Positions 1-12,519 of a DNA stretch of 64,000 nt are shown in pieces. The translations under genes and the position numbers were made by a program. Origin of the DNA: Mobula hypostoma (lineage: Eukaryota); NCBI RefSeq assembly GCF_963921235.1, contig NC_086108.1, positions 99,574,001-99,638,000 of the forward strand, given 5' to 3'. The notes below the pieces were generated by a model. It had not been told where the DNA came from. It saw only the letters and a list, made by a program, of their open reading frames with translations, and made no database searches. Positions within the stretch are counted from its first letter, which is position 1, and each line of letters begins with the position of its first letter.

Positions 1-2975
1 ACTCAGCAGACCAGTCAGCATCTTTGGAAAAAAGTACAGTTGACATTGGTTGGACTATTATTCAGGGCCCTAAACAGTCCTTCCAGATGAGGCAACACTT
101 CACCTGTGAGTCTGTTGGGGTCATATAGTGTGTTCAGTGCTCCTGGTGTGACCTCTCTTGTATATCATAGAACATATGTACAGCACATTACAGGCCCTTC
201 GTCCCACAATGTTCTGCCGACCCTCAAACCCTGCCTCCCATATAACCCCCCAACTTAAGTTCCTCCATATACCTGTCTAGTAGTCTCTTAAACTTCACTA
301 GTGTATCTGCCTTCTCCACTGACTCAGGCAGTGAATTCCACGCACCAACCACTCTCTGAGTAAAAAACCTTCTTCTAATATCCCCCTTGAACTTCCCACC
401 CCTTACCTTAAAGCCATGTCCTCTTGTATTGAGCAGTGATGCCCTGAGGAAGAGGTGCTGGCTATCCACTCTATCGATTCCCCTTGATATCACGTACACC
501 TCTTTCATGTCTCCTCTCATCCTCCTTCTCTCTAAAAAGTAAAGCCCTAGCTCCCTTAATCTCTGATCATAATGCATACTCTCTAAACCAGGCAGCATCC
601 TGGAAAATCTCCTCTGTACCGTTTCCAATGCTTCCACATCCTTCCTATAGTGAGGCGACCAGAACAGGACACAGTACTCCAAGTGTGGCCTAACCAGCTT
701 CATAGAGCTGCATCATTACATCGCGACTCTTAAACTCTATCCCTCGACTTATGAAAGCCAACATCCCCATAAGCTTTCTTAACTACCCTATCTACCTGTG
801 AGGCAACTTTCAGGGATCTGTGGACATGCACCCCCAGATCCCTCTGCTCCTCCGCACTACCAGGTATCCTGCCATTTACTTTGTACTCTGCCTTGGAGTT
901 TGGCCTTCCAAACTGTACCACCTCACACTTCTCCGGGTTGAACTCCATCTGCCACTTCTCAGCCCACTTCTGCATCCTATCAATGTCTCTCTGCAATCTT
1001 CGACAATCCTCTACACTAGCTACAACACTACCAACCTTTGTGTCATCTGCAAACTTGCCAACCTACCCTTCTACCCCCACATCCAGGTCGTTAATAAAAA
1101 TCACAAAAAGAAGAGGTCCAAGAACAGATCCTTGTGGGACACCACTAGTCACAACCCTCCAATCTGAATGTATTCCCTCCACCACGACCCTCTGCCTTCT
1201 GCAGGCAAGCTAATTCTGAATCCACCTGGCCAAACCTCCCTGGATCCCATGCCATCTGATTTTCTGAATAAGCCTATCGTGTGGAACCTTGTCAAATGCC
1301 TTACTAAAATCCATGTAGATCACATCCACTGCACTACCCTCACCTATATGACTGGTCACCTCCTCAAAGAACTCTATCAGGCTTGTTAGACATGATCTGC
1401 CCTTCACAAAGCCATGCTGACTGTCCCTGATCAGACCATGATTCTCTAAATGCCCATAGGTCCTATCTCTAAGAATCTTTTCCAACAGCTTTCCCACCAC
1501 AGATGTGAGGCTCACTGGTCTATAATTACCCGGACTATCCCTACTACCTTTTCTGAACAAGGGGACAACATTCACCTCCATCCAATCCTCCAGTACCATT
1601 CCCGTGTGACAATGAGGACATAAAGATCCTAGCCAGAGGCTCAGCAATCTCTTCCCTCGCCTTGTGAAGCAGCCTGGGGAAAATTCCGCAGGCCCCGGGG
1701 ACTTATCCGTCCTAATGTATTTTAACAAATCCAACACCTCCTCTCCCTTAATACCAACATGCTCCAGAACATCAATCTCATTCATATTGTCCTCACCGTC
1801 ATCAAGTTCCTTCTCATTGGTGAATACCGAAGAGAAGTATTCTTTGAGGACCTCACTCACTTCCACAGCCTCCAGGCACATCTTCCCACCTTTATCTCTA
1901 ATTGGTCCTACCTTCACTCCTGTCATCCTTTTGTTCTTCACATAATTGAAGAATGCCTTGGGGTTTTCCTTTACCCTACTCACCAAGGCCTTCTCATGCC
2001 CCCTCCTTGCTGTTCTCAGCCCTTTCTTAAGCTCCTTTCTAGCTTCCTTATATTCCTCAATAGACCCATCTGATCCTTGCTTCCTAAACCTCATGTATGC
2101 TGCCTTCTTCCACCTGACTAGATTTTCCACCTCACTTGTCACCTATGGTTCCTTCACTCTACTATTCTTTATCTTCCTCACCGGACAAATTTATCCCTAA
2201 CATCCTGCAAGAGATCTCTAAACATCGACCACATGTCCATAGTACATTTCCCTGCAAAAACATCATCCCAATTCACACCCGCAAGTACTAGCCTTATAGC
2301 CTCATAATTTGCTCTTCCCCAATTAAAAATTTTCCTGTCCTCTCTGATTCTATCCTTTTCCATGATAATGCTAAAGGCCAGGGAGCGGTGTTCACTGTCC
2401 CCCAGATGCTCACCCACTGAGAGATCTGTGACCTGACCTCAGTGATCAGTGAGACCCGACATAGATTGGGAGATCGCTTCGCCGAGCATCTACACTCCAT
2501 CCGCCAGAACAAAAGAGATCTCTCAGTGACCACCATTTTAATGCCACTTCCCATTCCCATATGTCCATCCATGGCCTCCTCTACTGCCGGAATAAGGCCA
2601 CACTTAGGTTGGAGGAACAACACCTTATATTCCGTCTGGGTAACCTCCAACCTGATGGCATGAACATCAGTTTCTCAAACTTCTGGTAATTCCTCCACCC
2701 CCACCCCTTCACCATTTCCCATCCCCTTTTCCCTCTCTCACCTTATCTCCTTGCCCGCCCATCGCCTCTATCTGGTGCTCCTCCCCCCTTTGGCTTTCTT
2801 CCATGGCTGCCCTCTGTTTCTCTTTCCCCACCCCCCACCTTTTAAATCTACTCCTCAGCTTTTCTTTCCCTAGTCCTGCTGAAGGGTTTCGTCCCGAATC
2901 ATTGACTGTACTCTTTTCCATAGATACTGCCTGGCCTCCTGAGTTCCTCCAGCATTTTGTGTGTGTTTTCAAAAT
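1..2975 (+). mobile_element. 5'-truncated Penelope-like element: inverted pseudo-LTR (pLTR) at 1-~48, GIY-YIG endonuclease remnant at ~66-167 and 2445-2690, 3' pLTR at ~2870-2975; split by a CR1 insertion
   Basis: 66-166 translates to GPKQSFQMRQHFTCESVGVI*CVQCSWC..LYI. It resumes at 2445 as ISETRHRLGDRFAEHLHSIRQ...LRLEEQHLIFRLGNLQPDGMNISFSNFW*, a GIY-YIG layout. Bases 1-44 are the reverse complement of ~2903-2944. Confidence 0.85.
168..2438 (-). mobile_element. CR1-clade LINE (HER1-like), 5'-truncated ORF2 (linker + RT) with few disablements
   Basis: ORFs 1210-2142, 730-996 and 224-703 give GNYRPVSLTSVVGKLLE, DFSKAFDKVPH, KWQMEFNPEKC and RPHLEYCV..WSP; the 3' end is a tatgttct-type tail. Confidence 0.95.
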
Positions 2976-2977
2976 CA

Positions 2978-3146
2978 CTTAGATCACATTTCTTCTCCAT
3001 TCTCGATGTTTGGTCTGAATAACAACAGAACCACTTGACCATATCTGCATGCTTTTATGCATTGAGGTGCTGCCAAATGATTGGCTGATTAGATATTTGC
3101 ATTAACAAGATGTACAAATGACCGAATAAAGGGAGCACTGAGTATA
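2978..3146 (-). mobile_element. End fragment of a short non-autonomous Tc1-family element
   Basis: Similar to 47232-47410 and to 53930-54020 plus 54625-54692 (gattggctgattagatatttgcattaac, with a decayed TIR). Confidence 0.6.
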
Positions 3147-3149
3147 TTT

Positions 3150-3410
3150 TATTCAGCTTTTATTTCGTGACACAGCATGGAGTAGGTGCTTCCGGCCCTT
3201 TGAACCACAGTGCCCCAGCACCCTGACAAATCAGATTGACCCTAACCTAATCACAGGACAACCTACAATGACCAATTAGCCTAACCAGCAAGTCTTCAGA
3301 CTGTGGAAGGAAACCCAAAGACCCGAAGGAAACCCATGCATCCATGGAATGGACGTACAGAAACTCCTTACAGAATGGCACCAGAATTGATCGCCTAATT
3401 CCTGAAAGTC
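3150..3410 (-). mobile_element. V-domain SINE (HE1-like)
   Basis: The reverse complement contains the V-domain block taaggagtttctgtacgtcc...gcatgggtttccttcggg...ttccttccacagtc. Confidence 0.7.
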
Positions 3411-3489
3411 CCAAGGTGTAATTGTACATGTTCCTACTCCACCCCATTCAACTGGTGATGGCATGAATGAATATGTGAAGAAACCATCA

Positions 3490-4165
3490 TACAGTTTGGT
3501 AATAGACCCTTTGGCTCCAAGGACCCATGCAGACTAAGATTCCCATCCAAGCTGTTCTCATTAACCCTTGTTTGGCCCATATCTTAAATCTTTCCTATGT
3601 ATTAGTTGAAGTGCTTTTTAAGTGTTGTTATTGTACCTACTTCAGCCACTCTCTCTGGCAGTTCATTCAATATATTGTCCACCTTCTGGGGGAAAGGCTT
3701 GCCTCTCAGGTTTTATTAAGTCTTTTCCTAGTCACCCTGAACCTTTGCTTCTATTTCTTGATTCCCTGATGCTGGGGGTGTGGGGAGATCTGTGAAAATC
3801 TATTGAATGTTGAAAAGCCTAGATAGAGTGGACAAGGAGAGGATTTTTCCCCATAGTGGGGGGATCTAGGGCCAAAAGGCATAACCTCAGAATAGGACGT
3901 TCCTTTAGAACAGAGTGAGGAAGATTTTTTTAGCTAGAGAATGGAGAGTCTGTGGTAGTTGCCACAGTTGTCTATGGAGGCCAAGTAATTGAATATATTT
4001 TAAATGATAGGTTCTTGATTAGTAAGTGCATTAAAGATTACGGGGGGGGAGGGGGAATGCAGGAGAATGGGGTCGAGAGGGATAATAAATCAGGCATGAT
4101 GGAATGACAGAGCAGACACAAAAAGCCAAATAGCCTAATTCTGCACTTATATCTTATCGTAGTAT
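3490..4165. mobile_element. Two decayed CR1 3' fragments (minus ~3490-3770, plus ~3790-4165)
   Basis: Degenerate matches to the CR1 3' ends elsewhere in the window. Confidence 0.6.
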
Positions 4166-4284
4166 GTTTTTAAGATTATACGACACCTGCATAAAATGAA
4201 CCCTCATTCTCCTATGTTCCATTGAATAATGTCCCACCCTGCTCAATTTCCCTCCAAAACTCAATCCCTCAAGTCCCAACATCC

Positions 4285-4560
4285 TCAAGATTCAACATTC
4301 CAATTTATTTATCATGCGTACACCGAAATACCATTTGAGATAAGAACTAACACACCCTCGGGTGTGTTGGGAGGAGTCTGCAAGCGTCTTCACACATTCG
4401 GGTGCCAACATAGCAACCCCACAATGCTCAGCAGAACAACATACAGCACAACAAACAATAAAACAACAGCAACCAAACAAGCCCTGTTCATTTTTCCTAC
4501 CCACGGACCTCTAACTCCCAGCCAGCACATCTTCTTCAGCCTCCAGCAGACTCAGGCTTG
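4285..4560 (-). repeat. Non-autonomous repeat with a Rex/Babar-like 3' tail; other copies at ~42675-43010 and ~52310-52545
   Basis: Shared block caacacacc..gg.tgtg...gcaag.gt...cacac.tt...gccaacatagca among the three copies. Confidence 0.55.
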
Positions 4561-4743
4561 AATATCCTCAAATCTTCACTGCTCCCTCCATCTTAATAAC
4601 ATCTTTCTTATTAACAGGGTGATCAGAATCTCAAACAACATCTTGTAAAATGGGGGCTTAACATCTTGTATGAATATAATATAATTTTCTCTTTGTACAT
4701 TCAGACTTAACTCTTGGTTGTTTGGGCAAAGAGTGAGTCAATC

Positions 4744-4810
4744 AGCTTGGGTTTGTTGAACTGTTGGGAGGTGAGCTTGGGTTTGTTGAACTGTTGGGGG
4801 CTGAACTTGG
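4744..4810. repeat. 30-bp tandem duplication (~2.3 copies)
   Basis: agcttgggtttgttgaactgttggg repeats with period 30. Confidence 0.9.
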
Positions 4811-5130
4811 GACAATTCAGCATCTGCTGGACAAGCTGGTCTATTCCCACTTCTACAAATCCATAAATTAAACTGTGATCCTGCTGCTTCATCTGCAAAT
4901 TAACTTGCACTTATCTGGTCTGGTGTCTTTCGCAAGCAAAGCACATTGCAATTGTTTTGAAGAAACACAGCAGCCATTTTGTTCACAGCAAGCTAGGTCT
5001 TGGAAGCAGATGCAATGGTAGTGTTAAAGACGCATTTAGACTGGTACATGAACGAAGAGGGATATAGAATACGTGCAGACAGATGAGAGTATTTAATTTG
5101 ACATCACGTTGAGCTTAAGTTGACATCATG

Positions 5131-5320
5131 TTGTTGTACCTTTTCACATGGTATGGCACAACGGGTAGCTTTTTTGCCTTTCCATAGCATTTGACTGCTT
5201 TTTTTTTTAAAAATGATAATCAACCCAGCATGGATGGAAAGCATGGAAGGAGCTGGCTGGATTTGAACTCAAAACCATTCGCCTTGAAGTCCGGTGCTGA
5301 TGCCACTACACCACCAACCG
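5131..5320 (-). mobile_element. tRNA-headed SINE with (CAA)n tail; second copy at ~47945-48160 (+)
   Basis: Head ccggttggtggtgtagtggcatcagcaccggacttc...gagttcaaatcc has A/B boxes; flanked by the near-direct repeats ttgacatcatg / ttgatatcatg. Confidence 0.7.
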
Positions 5321-5404
5321 GTTTGATATCATGGTCAGCATAGAATTTAGGGGCCAAAAGCCTTTCTTGTGTTGTTCTATGTTCTTAACTCCTACCAATA
5401 GTAG

Positions 5405-5705
5405 AGGTGAAGGACACAGGAGGGAGGGTGCCGTTAGTGCAACACTTCACAACATCAGCGATCACCCACCATGGCTCAATTCCTGCTCCCGTCTTTGAGG
5501 AGTTGTCAAATCCCTGTCCATGACCGCCTGGGATTCCTGGAAGTGATCTGGCTTCCTCCCATATTCCAAAGGTTAGGGTTAGTAAATTGTGAGCATGCCA
5601 TGTTGGCAACAGAAGCATAGTAAAACGTTTGGCTGCCCTCAGCATGTCTTCAGACTGCGTTGGACTTTGATGCAAATTTCACATTTCACTGTAGGTTTTG
5701 ATGTA
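5405..5705 (+). mobile_element. V-domain SINE with a Rex-like tail, interrupted at TA by Tc1
   Basis: Decayed V block followed by gcatgccatgttggc...catttcactgt...gatgta; the tail resumes after 7290. Confidence 0.6.
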
Positions 5706-7290
5706 CAGTGCCTACAAAATGTATTCACCCCACCCCGAAGTTTTCATGTTTTATTGTTTTACAACATTGAATGACAATGGATTTAATTTGGGCACAGATC
5801 AAAAGAAAAGACTTTTTCCTGTCAGAGTGAAAACAAATTTCTACAAATTGGCCTAATTTATTACAATTATTAAACACAAGATAGTTTATTACTTAATTAC
5901 TCACCCCCTTTAAGTCAGTATTTAGTAAGTGCCCCTTTGGTAGCAATTACAGCCTTGAGTCTGTGTGAATAGGTCTCCATCAGCTTTGCACATCTGGGCA
6001 CTGCAATTTTTCCCCATTCTTCTTTACAAAACTGCGCAAGCTCTGTCAGATTGCATGGGGATCATGAGTGAACAGCCTTTTTCAATTCCTGCCACCAATT
6101 TTCAATTGGATTGAGGCCTGGACTCTGACTTGGCCACTCCAGGACATTAAATTTATTGTTTTTAAGTCATTCTTGTGTAGATTTGGCTTTATGCTTGGGG
6201 TCATTGCATTGCTGGAAAACAAGTCTTCTGCCAAGTTGCAATTCTCTTGCAGACTGCATCAGGATTTCCCTACATCTTGCTGCATTAATTTTACCCTCTA
6301 CCTTCACAAACCTTCCAGGGACTGATGCAGTGAAGCATCCACCTTCATAGAAGGGATGGCGTGTTTTTGATGATGTGTGGTGTTTGGCTTATACCAAACA
6401 TAGCGTTTAGTCTGATGGCCAAAAAGCTCAATTTGCATTCATCAGACCATAGAACCTTTTTCCAGCTGACTTCAGAATCTCCCACATGTCTTCTGGCAAA
6501 CTCTAGCCAATATTTCATGTGAGTTTTTTCAACAGTGGCTTTCACTTTGTCACTCTCCCACAAAGCTGCGACAGGTGAAGCACCTGGGCAACAGTTGTTG
6601 TATGTGTAGTCTCTCCCATCTCAGCCACTGAAGCTTGTAACTCCTCCAGAGTTGTCACAGATCTCTTGGTGGCCTCTCTCACTAGTCTCCTTCCTGCATG
6701 GTCACCTAGTCTGAGGACAGCCTGCTCTAGGCAGATCTACAGCTGAGTCATATTCTTTCCATTTCTTGATTATTGACTTAGCTGTACTCCAAGGGACATT
6801 CAGTGACTTGGAAATTTTCTGGTATCCATCTCCTGACTTGTGCTTTTCAATAACCTTTTTCACGGAGTTGCTTGGAGTGTCCTTCTGTCTTCATGGTGTA
6901 GTTTTTGCCAGGATGCTGACTCACCAGCAGCTGAACCGTCCAGATACAGGAATGTTTTTACTACAATCAATTGAAACACCTTGTCTGTACACTAGTGATC
7001 TCTGTTTAACTAATTATGTGGCTTCTAAAACCAATTGGCTGCACCAGTGATGATTTGGTGTGTCATATTAAAGGAAGTGAGCACTTATGCAACAAATTAT
7101 TTTGTGTTTCATGTTTGTAATTAATTCAGATTACTTTGTAGAGATCTGTTCTCACCTTGACACAAATCAATATTTTTCTGTTGACCAGTTTCAAAAAAGC
7201 CAAATTAAATCCATTGCGATTCAATGTTATAAAACAATAAAATATGAAAACTTCTGGGGGGGGGGGGCTTAGTACTTTTTAAGTGCACTA
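5706..7290 (-). mobile_element. Tc1/mariner DNA transposon with long IR/DR-type TIRs and a decayed transposase
   Basis: Left end TA|cagtgcctacaaaatgtattcacccc with a matching ~200-bp inverted right end; minus-strand LEFARRHVGDSEVSWKKVLWSDE. Confidence 0.9.
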
Positions 7291-8081
7291 TGTATGTAAC
7301 AAATAACACTACCATATGCCCCTGTTGAGTCACCCATGTCCCCAGTCTCTATCCCCCCTCCCCTCACCAGAAGTGACATGATACATGTAGTATTCAAAAG
7401 TTTGGGAAGATTCTTCAATCATGTGGTGGTGAACTTTAGAATCTCTGCCCTAGAAGGTGACAAATGTACCTGAATATATTTCAGGAGATGGATAGGTTTC
7501 TGGACTAGAGGTTGAGGCAGACCATTGCTAAGAGAGAGAGCTTGAAGTATGATGAATTGCTGGTATTCATTCCCACAAAAGGCAGTGGAGGCAAAATCAT
7601 TGTGTATATATAAAATGGAGGTTGATAGGTTCTTGATTAGTATGGGAATCAAATGTTATAAGGAGGACGCAAGAGAATAGAGTTGAGAGGGATAATAAAT
7701 CAGCTATGAAGGATTGGTGGAGCAGACTTGTTGGACTAATTCTACTCCGCTGTGTTATGATTTAACAGGGGGTCAGAGTCTGTGTCAGTCCCAGTGGTGG
7801 GAGAAACAATCTCAATAAGTCTTCACTGTTGATGTCTATGTCAACCGGAAAGTTCACATAAGTTGTTGAGATTCACCCTCTTTTCCAATCCTGGTGTTTA
7901 TCTGAGTGCTACAATTAGTGGAGTAGGGGTAATAGGGCCCAACATCTCCTATGAGTGGACTTTCTCACCCCAGCAATCTTTCTGATTTGCATCAATGTGA
8001 AGTCAAAAGAGTTTCGATTGTATGGGACCTTACTACAACTATTAGATACACGTCATTATCACTGAGTTGTGGTCTTCATCT

Positions 8082-8235
8082 TTTTTTCCAGTCCCGATGA
8101 AGGGTCTCAGCCTGAAACGTTGATTGTTTACTCTTTTCCATGGTTACTGCCTGACCCATGACCTTCCTCCAGCATTTTGTGTGTGTTGCTTGGATTACCA
8201 GCATCTGCACATTTTTTTTCATGTTTGCAGTCTCC
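8082..8235 (+). mobile_element. Solo Penelope pLTR with a degenerate hammerhead ribozyme motif
   Basis: cagtc-ccgatga-agggtctcagcct-gaaac-gtt-gattg, followed by the shared ccat..gctgcctga....tcctccagcattttgtgtgtg block. Confidence 0.8.
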
Positions 8236-8629
8236 TGTACTTGTTAAGGTTGCAAGGAGAAGGCAAGACAATGAGGTTGAGAGGGAAAGTAAATCAGTCG
8301 TGACTGAATGGTTGAGCAAACTCAATGGGACTAATTCTTCTCCTATGTCTTGTGGTTATGGTCTTGTGGACCATTATACCTCAGCTTCCATTCTCTATGT
8401 TTCTAGGCCTCAGTATCCAACCCACGGTAGAATGATCAGTTTGCTTTGTTACAGGTATAGAGAAGAGCATTGAGAATGTGAAAACATTAATTAATAGGAA
8501 TAAAAGTAAGCCATGTCACGCTACTACTCAACATGAAACTGTGAACAATATTAAAATAAAAAATGTAGGCCAAAGGACCTTCTTCCATGCTGGATGGCTG
8601 ATCCTGTAACAGAATACAATGTCCAGATA

Positions 8630-9550
8630 TAATCATAATGTCAGAAGTGGGGATGTTCGCAGATGACTGCACAATGTTCTGCACCATTTGTGACTCCTCA
8701 GAGAGTGAAGCAGTTCATACCCAAAATGCAGCAGGACCTGGACAACATCCAGGCTGGGGTTGACAAGTGGCAAATCACATTCGAGCCACGCAAGTGTCAG
8801 GCAATAACCATCTCCAACAAGACAGGCTCTAACCATCGTTCCTTGACATTCAGTGGCATCACCATCACTGAATCCCCTACTATCTACATCCTGGGGGTTG
8901 CCATTTACAGGAAACTGAACTAGTCTAGCCATATAAACACATGGCTACCAGAGCAGCTCAAAGGCTAGGAATCCTGCAATGTGTAACTCACCTTCTGACT
9001 CCCCAAAGCCTGTCCACCATCTAGAAGTCTCAGGTCAGGAGTGTAATGGAATACCTACCACTCGCCTGGATGAGTGCAGCTCCATCAACACTCAGGAAGC
9101 TTGACACCGTCCAGTACAAGGCAGCCCACTTGATTGGTACCCCTTCCACAACCATCCAGTCCCTCCACCATCGATGAACAGTTGCAACAGTGTGTACTAT
9201 CTACAAGATGCAGTGCAACAACACACCAAAGTTCCTAAGGCCATGCCTTCCAGACCCATGACCAGTACCATCTAGAAGGACGAGAACAGCAGATACCTGG
9301 GAACACCACCACTTGGAAATCCCCCTCCAAGTCACTCAACATCCTGACTTGGAAACATATCACCATTCCTTCATTGTTGCTGTGTCAGAATCATGGAATT
9401 GTCTCCCTAACAGCACTGTGGGTGTACCTACACCTCAGCGACTTCAGCAGTTCATGAAGGCAGCTCATCCCCACCTTCTCAAAGGCAACGAAGGATGGGC
9501 AATAAATGCTGGCTTAGCTGGCGATGCCCTCACCCCGTAAATGAATAAAA
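8630..9550 (+). mobile_element. 3' ~0.9 kb of a second CR1/L2-group LINE family
   Basis: MFADDCT...MQQDLDNIQAGVDKWQITFEPRKCQAITIS; ends gggcaataaatgctggcttagctggcgatgccctcaccccgtaaatgaataaaag. Confidence 0.8.
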
Positions 9551-10169
9551 GAAACTGTACATGGTTTCTGCTCGAGTCATCTTCCCATCCATCGAAAGCC
9601 TTTGATATCCGTGAGTATTAATGTTACCACTGAAGTGGATTGAAGTTATTATTTAACATACACCAAGATACAATGAAAAGCTTGTCTTTGCATATTGTTC
9701 ATATAGATCAAATCATTAATGTTCAAAGAGTTCAAAGTTCAAAGTAAAAGTTGAAATCAGAGTATATACATGTCACCACATACACTCCTGAAATTCTTTT
9801 TCCTGTGGGCATACTCAGCAAATTGATAGAACAGTAACTGTAAACAGGATCAATGACCAACAATCTGTGCAAATGCAAATAAATAGCAATAAATAACGGG
9901 TATGAAATAAGACCAATGACCATAAGATATAGGAGCAGAATTAAGCCATTTGGCCCATTGAGTCTGCCCTGCAACAAGATGACAACATAAAGAGTCCTTA
10001 AAGTGAGATCATTGGTAGTGAGAACACCTGAAGCAGAATGAGCATAGAATGAGTGTAGTTAGCCTTTTTTGTTCCCACTTTGTCACAACGGTTCTCTCAA
10101 GTGATGCTATGTCTTAGTTTGGAGAAAGTTAGAAGTCGAATCTTTGAACCTATGTTTGATTTTTGAGAA

Positions 10170-11520
10170 AAGATCACAAGACAAAGGAGAAGTAGGCCAT
10201 TCGGCCCATTGAGTCTGCTCCGCAGCTCCCCCATGAGCTAAACTATTCACCCATCTAGTTCCAATTTCCGGCTTTTTCCCCATATCCCTTGATACCCGGA
10301 CTAATTAGATACCTATCAATCTCCTCCTTAAACACCCTCAATGATCGGGCCTCCACAGCCATACGTGGCTACGAATTCCACAAATCCACGACCCTCTGGC
10401 TAAAAAAATTTCTCCTCATCTCTGTTTTAACTGGGTACCCTCTAATTTTAAGACTATGGCCTCTTGTCCTGGACTCACCCACCAAGGGAAACAACCTTTC
10501 CACATCTACTCTGTCCAACCCTTTCAACATTCGAAACGTTTCTATGAGATCCCCTCTCATTCTTCTATACTCTAATGAATACAATCCAAAAGCCGACAGA
10601 CGCTCCTCATATGTTAGCCCCTGCATTCCAGGAATCATCCTCGTAAATCTTCTCTGAACTCTCTCCAACATCAGTATATCCTTTCTAAGATAGGGGGCCC
10701 AAAACTGCACACAGTATTCCAAATGAGGTCTCACTAATGCCCCATAGAGCCTCACTATACACTATTCCTCTTGAAATGAATGCCAACATAGCATTCGCTT
10801 TCCTTGCCACCAATCCAACTTGGTGGTTAACCTTTAGGGTATCCTGCACGAGGACCCCCCAAGTCCCTTTGCACTTCCGATTTGAATTTTCTCCCCATCT
10901 AAATAATAATCTGCCCGATTATTTCTTCTTCCAAAATGTACAACCGTACATTTGTCAACGTTGTATCTCATCTGCCATTTCTTTGCCCACTCTCCTAAAC
11001 TGACTCTCCTAGTCTCTCTGCAACCTTTTCGTTTCTTCAACATTTCCTGCTCCTCCATCTATCTTGGTGTCATCTGCAAACTTGGCCACAAAACCATTTA
11101 ATCCATAATCTGAATCATCGATATACATCATAAAAAGAAGAGGCCCCAACAACAACCCCTGCGGAACACCACTAGTAACTGGCAACCAATCAGAATAGGA
11201 TCCCTTTATTCCCACCCTTTGCTTTGTGCCTATCAGCCAATGCTCCACTCATTCCAATATCTTTCCTGTAATTCCATGGGCTCTCATCTTATTAAGCAGC
11301 CTCATATGCAGCACCTTATCGAAGGCCTTTTGAAAATCCAAATACACAACATCCACAGCCTCTCCCTTGTCAATCTTATTCGAGATTACCTCAAAAAATT
11401 CCAATAAATTGGTAAGGCAGGATCTTCCCTTCATGAAACCATGCTGGCTTCGGCCTATCTTGTCATGCACCTCGAGGTATTTCATAACCTCGTCCTTGAG
11501 GATTGACTCCAATATCTTTC
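10170..11520 (-). mobile_element. CR1-clade LINE, 5'-truncated RT and 3' end
   Basis: SQHGFMKGRSCLTNLLEFF, DFQKAFDKV, SGVPQG, KFADDTKI, RPHLEYCVQFWAP. Confidence 0.95.
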
Positions 11521-11860
11521 CAAAAGATGGGGTTCATTTGCTCGTTATTATCATTTGAGTTAATTGATAGATTTCCTCTACGATCTAATTGTAAATTTTT
11601 GGTACATTTTTTTTTGCTGGCGGTTTGATGTTTACCTTTAGAAGCTTTTGTATGACGCATGGCTCCGGAGTTGAGCACCTAATGGGGTTTTTTTCCCCTC
11701 ACTTTTCTTGCTCAGTAGGGGTTATTTTCCCTCTTTTTTTTCCAATCACCCAAATTTTAATAATAACGTTTTTTTTCTAGAGACATTGTAAGTGTTGTTT
11801 ACTTCGATGCACTCTTGTAAATCTTGGATATTAATATTAAAAAGATTTGAAAAGAAAAGG
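11520..11860 (+). mobile_element. Probable L1-type 3' end (ORF2 terminus, T-rich UTR, A-rich tail)
   Basis: KRWGSFARYYHLS* followed by a T-rich UTR and attaaaaagatttgaaaagaaaag. Confidence 0.45.
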
Positions 11861-12517
11861 TAAAGAGGTTGAGGGGTAGTAACTGATCTTGAACCTGGTG
11901 GCGCAAGCCCCGAGGCCCTCGTACTTTCTACCTGATGGCAGCAGTGAGAAAGGAATATGGCCTGGGTGGTGAGGGCTGTTGATGATGGATGCTGCTTTCC
12001 CACAGCAACATTTCATGTAGGTTTACTCAATATTTGGGAGGGCCTTACCCATGATGAGCTGGGATGAATCAATTAGCTTCTGTAGACCCTCTGCTCTACT
12101 TGCTTTACACCTATTACAATGCAGCCCTAACACCATATTCAAATTTGCTGACGACTCCACTATTGTGGGTTGTATACAAAGGGGATGAAGAATCAGCACC
12201 CAGAAGGGAGATTGAAAATCTGAGTGGTGTAATAACAACAACCTCTCACGCAATGTCAATAAGACCAAGGAACTGATTGTAGACTCCAGGAGAGGGAAAC
12301 CGGAGATCCATGAGCTAGTACTTACCAGAGGGTCAGTAACTTTAAATTCCTGGGTGTCGCTATTTCAGAGGACCTGTCCTGGATCCATCATATAAATATT
12401 ATTACAAAGAAAAGATGACAGGGCTTCTACTTCCTTAGGAGTTTCGGAGATTTGGCATGACATCAATAACCTTGATAAACTTCTATAGATGTGCAGTGGA
12501 AAGTGTGCTGACTGGCT
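11860..12517. mobile_element. Rex1/Babar LINE fragments (minus ~11860-12065, plus ~12070-12517)
   Basis: Decayed PLLY.LYT, KFADD and FKFLGV, and ctatagatgtgcagtggaaag (YRC.VES) motifs. Confidence 0.75.
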
Positions 12518-12519
12518 GC

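Noticed and set aside
484..2200. Plus-strand ORFs over the CR1, and similar antisense ORFs throughout the window
   Set aside because: They are antisense shadows of LINE ORF2, not independent genes.
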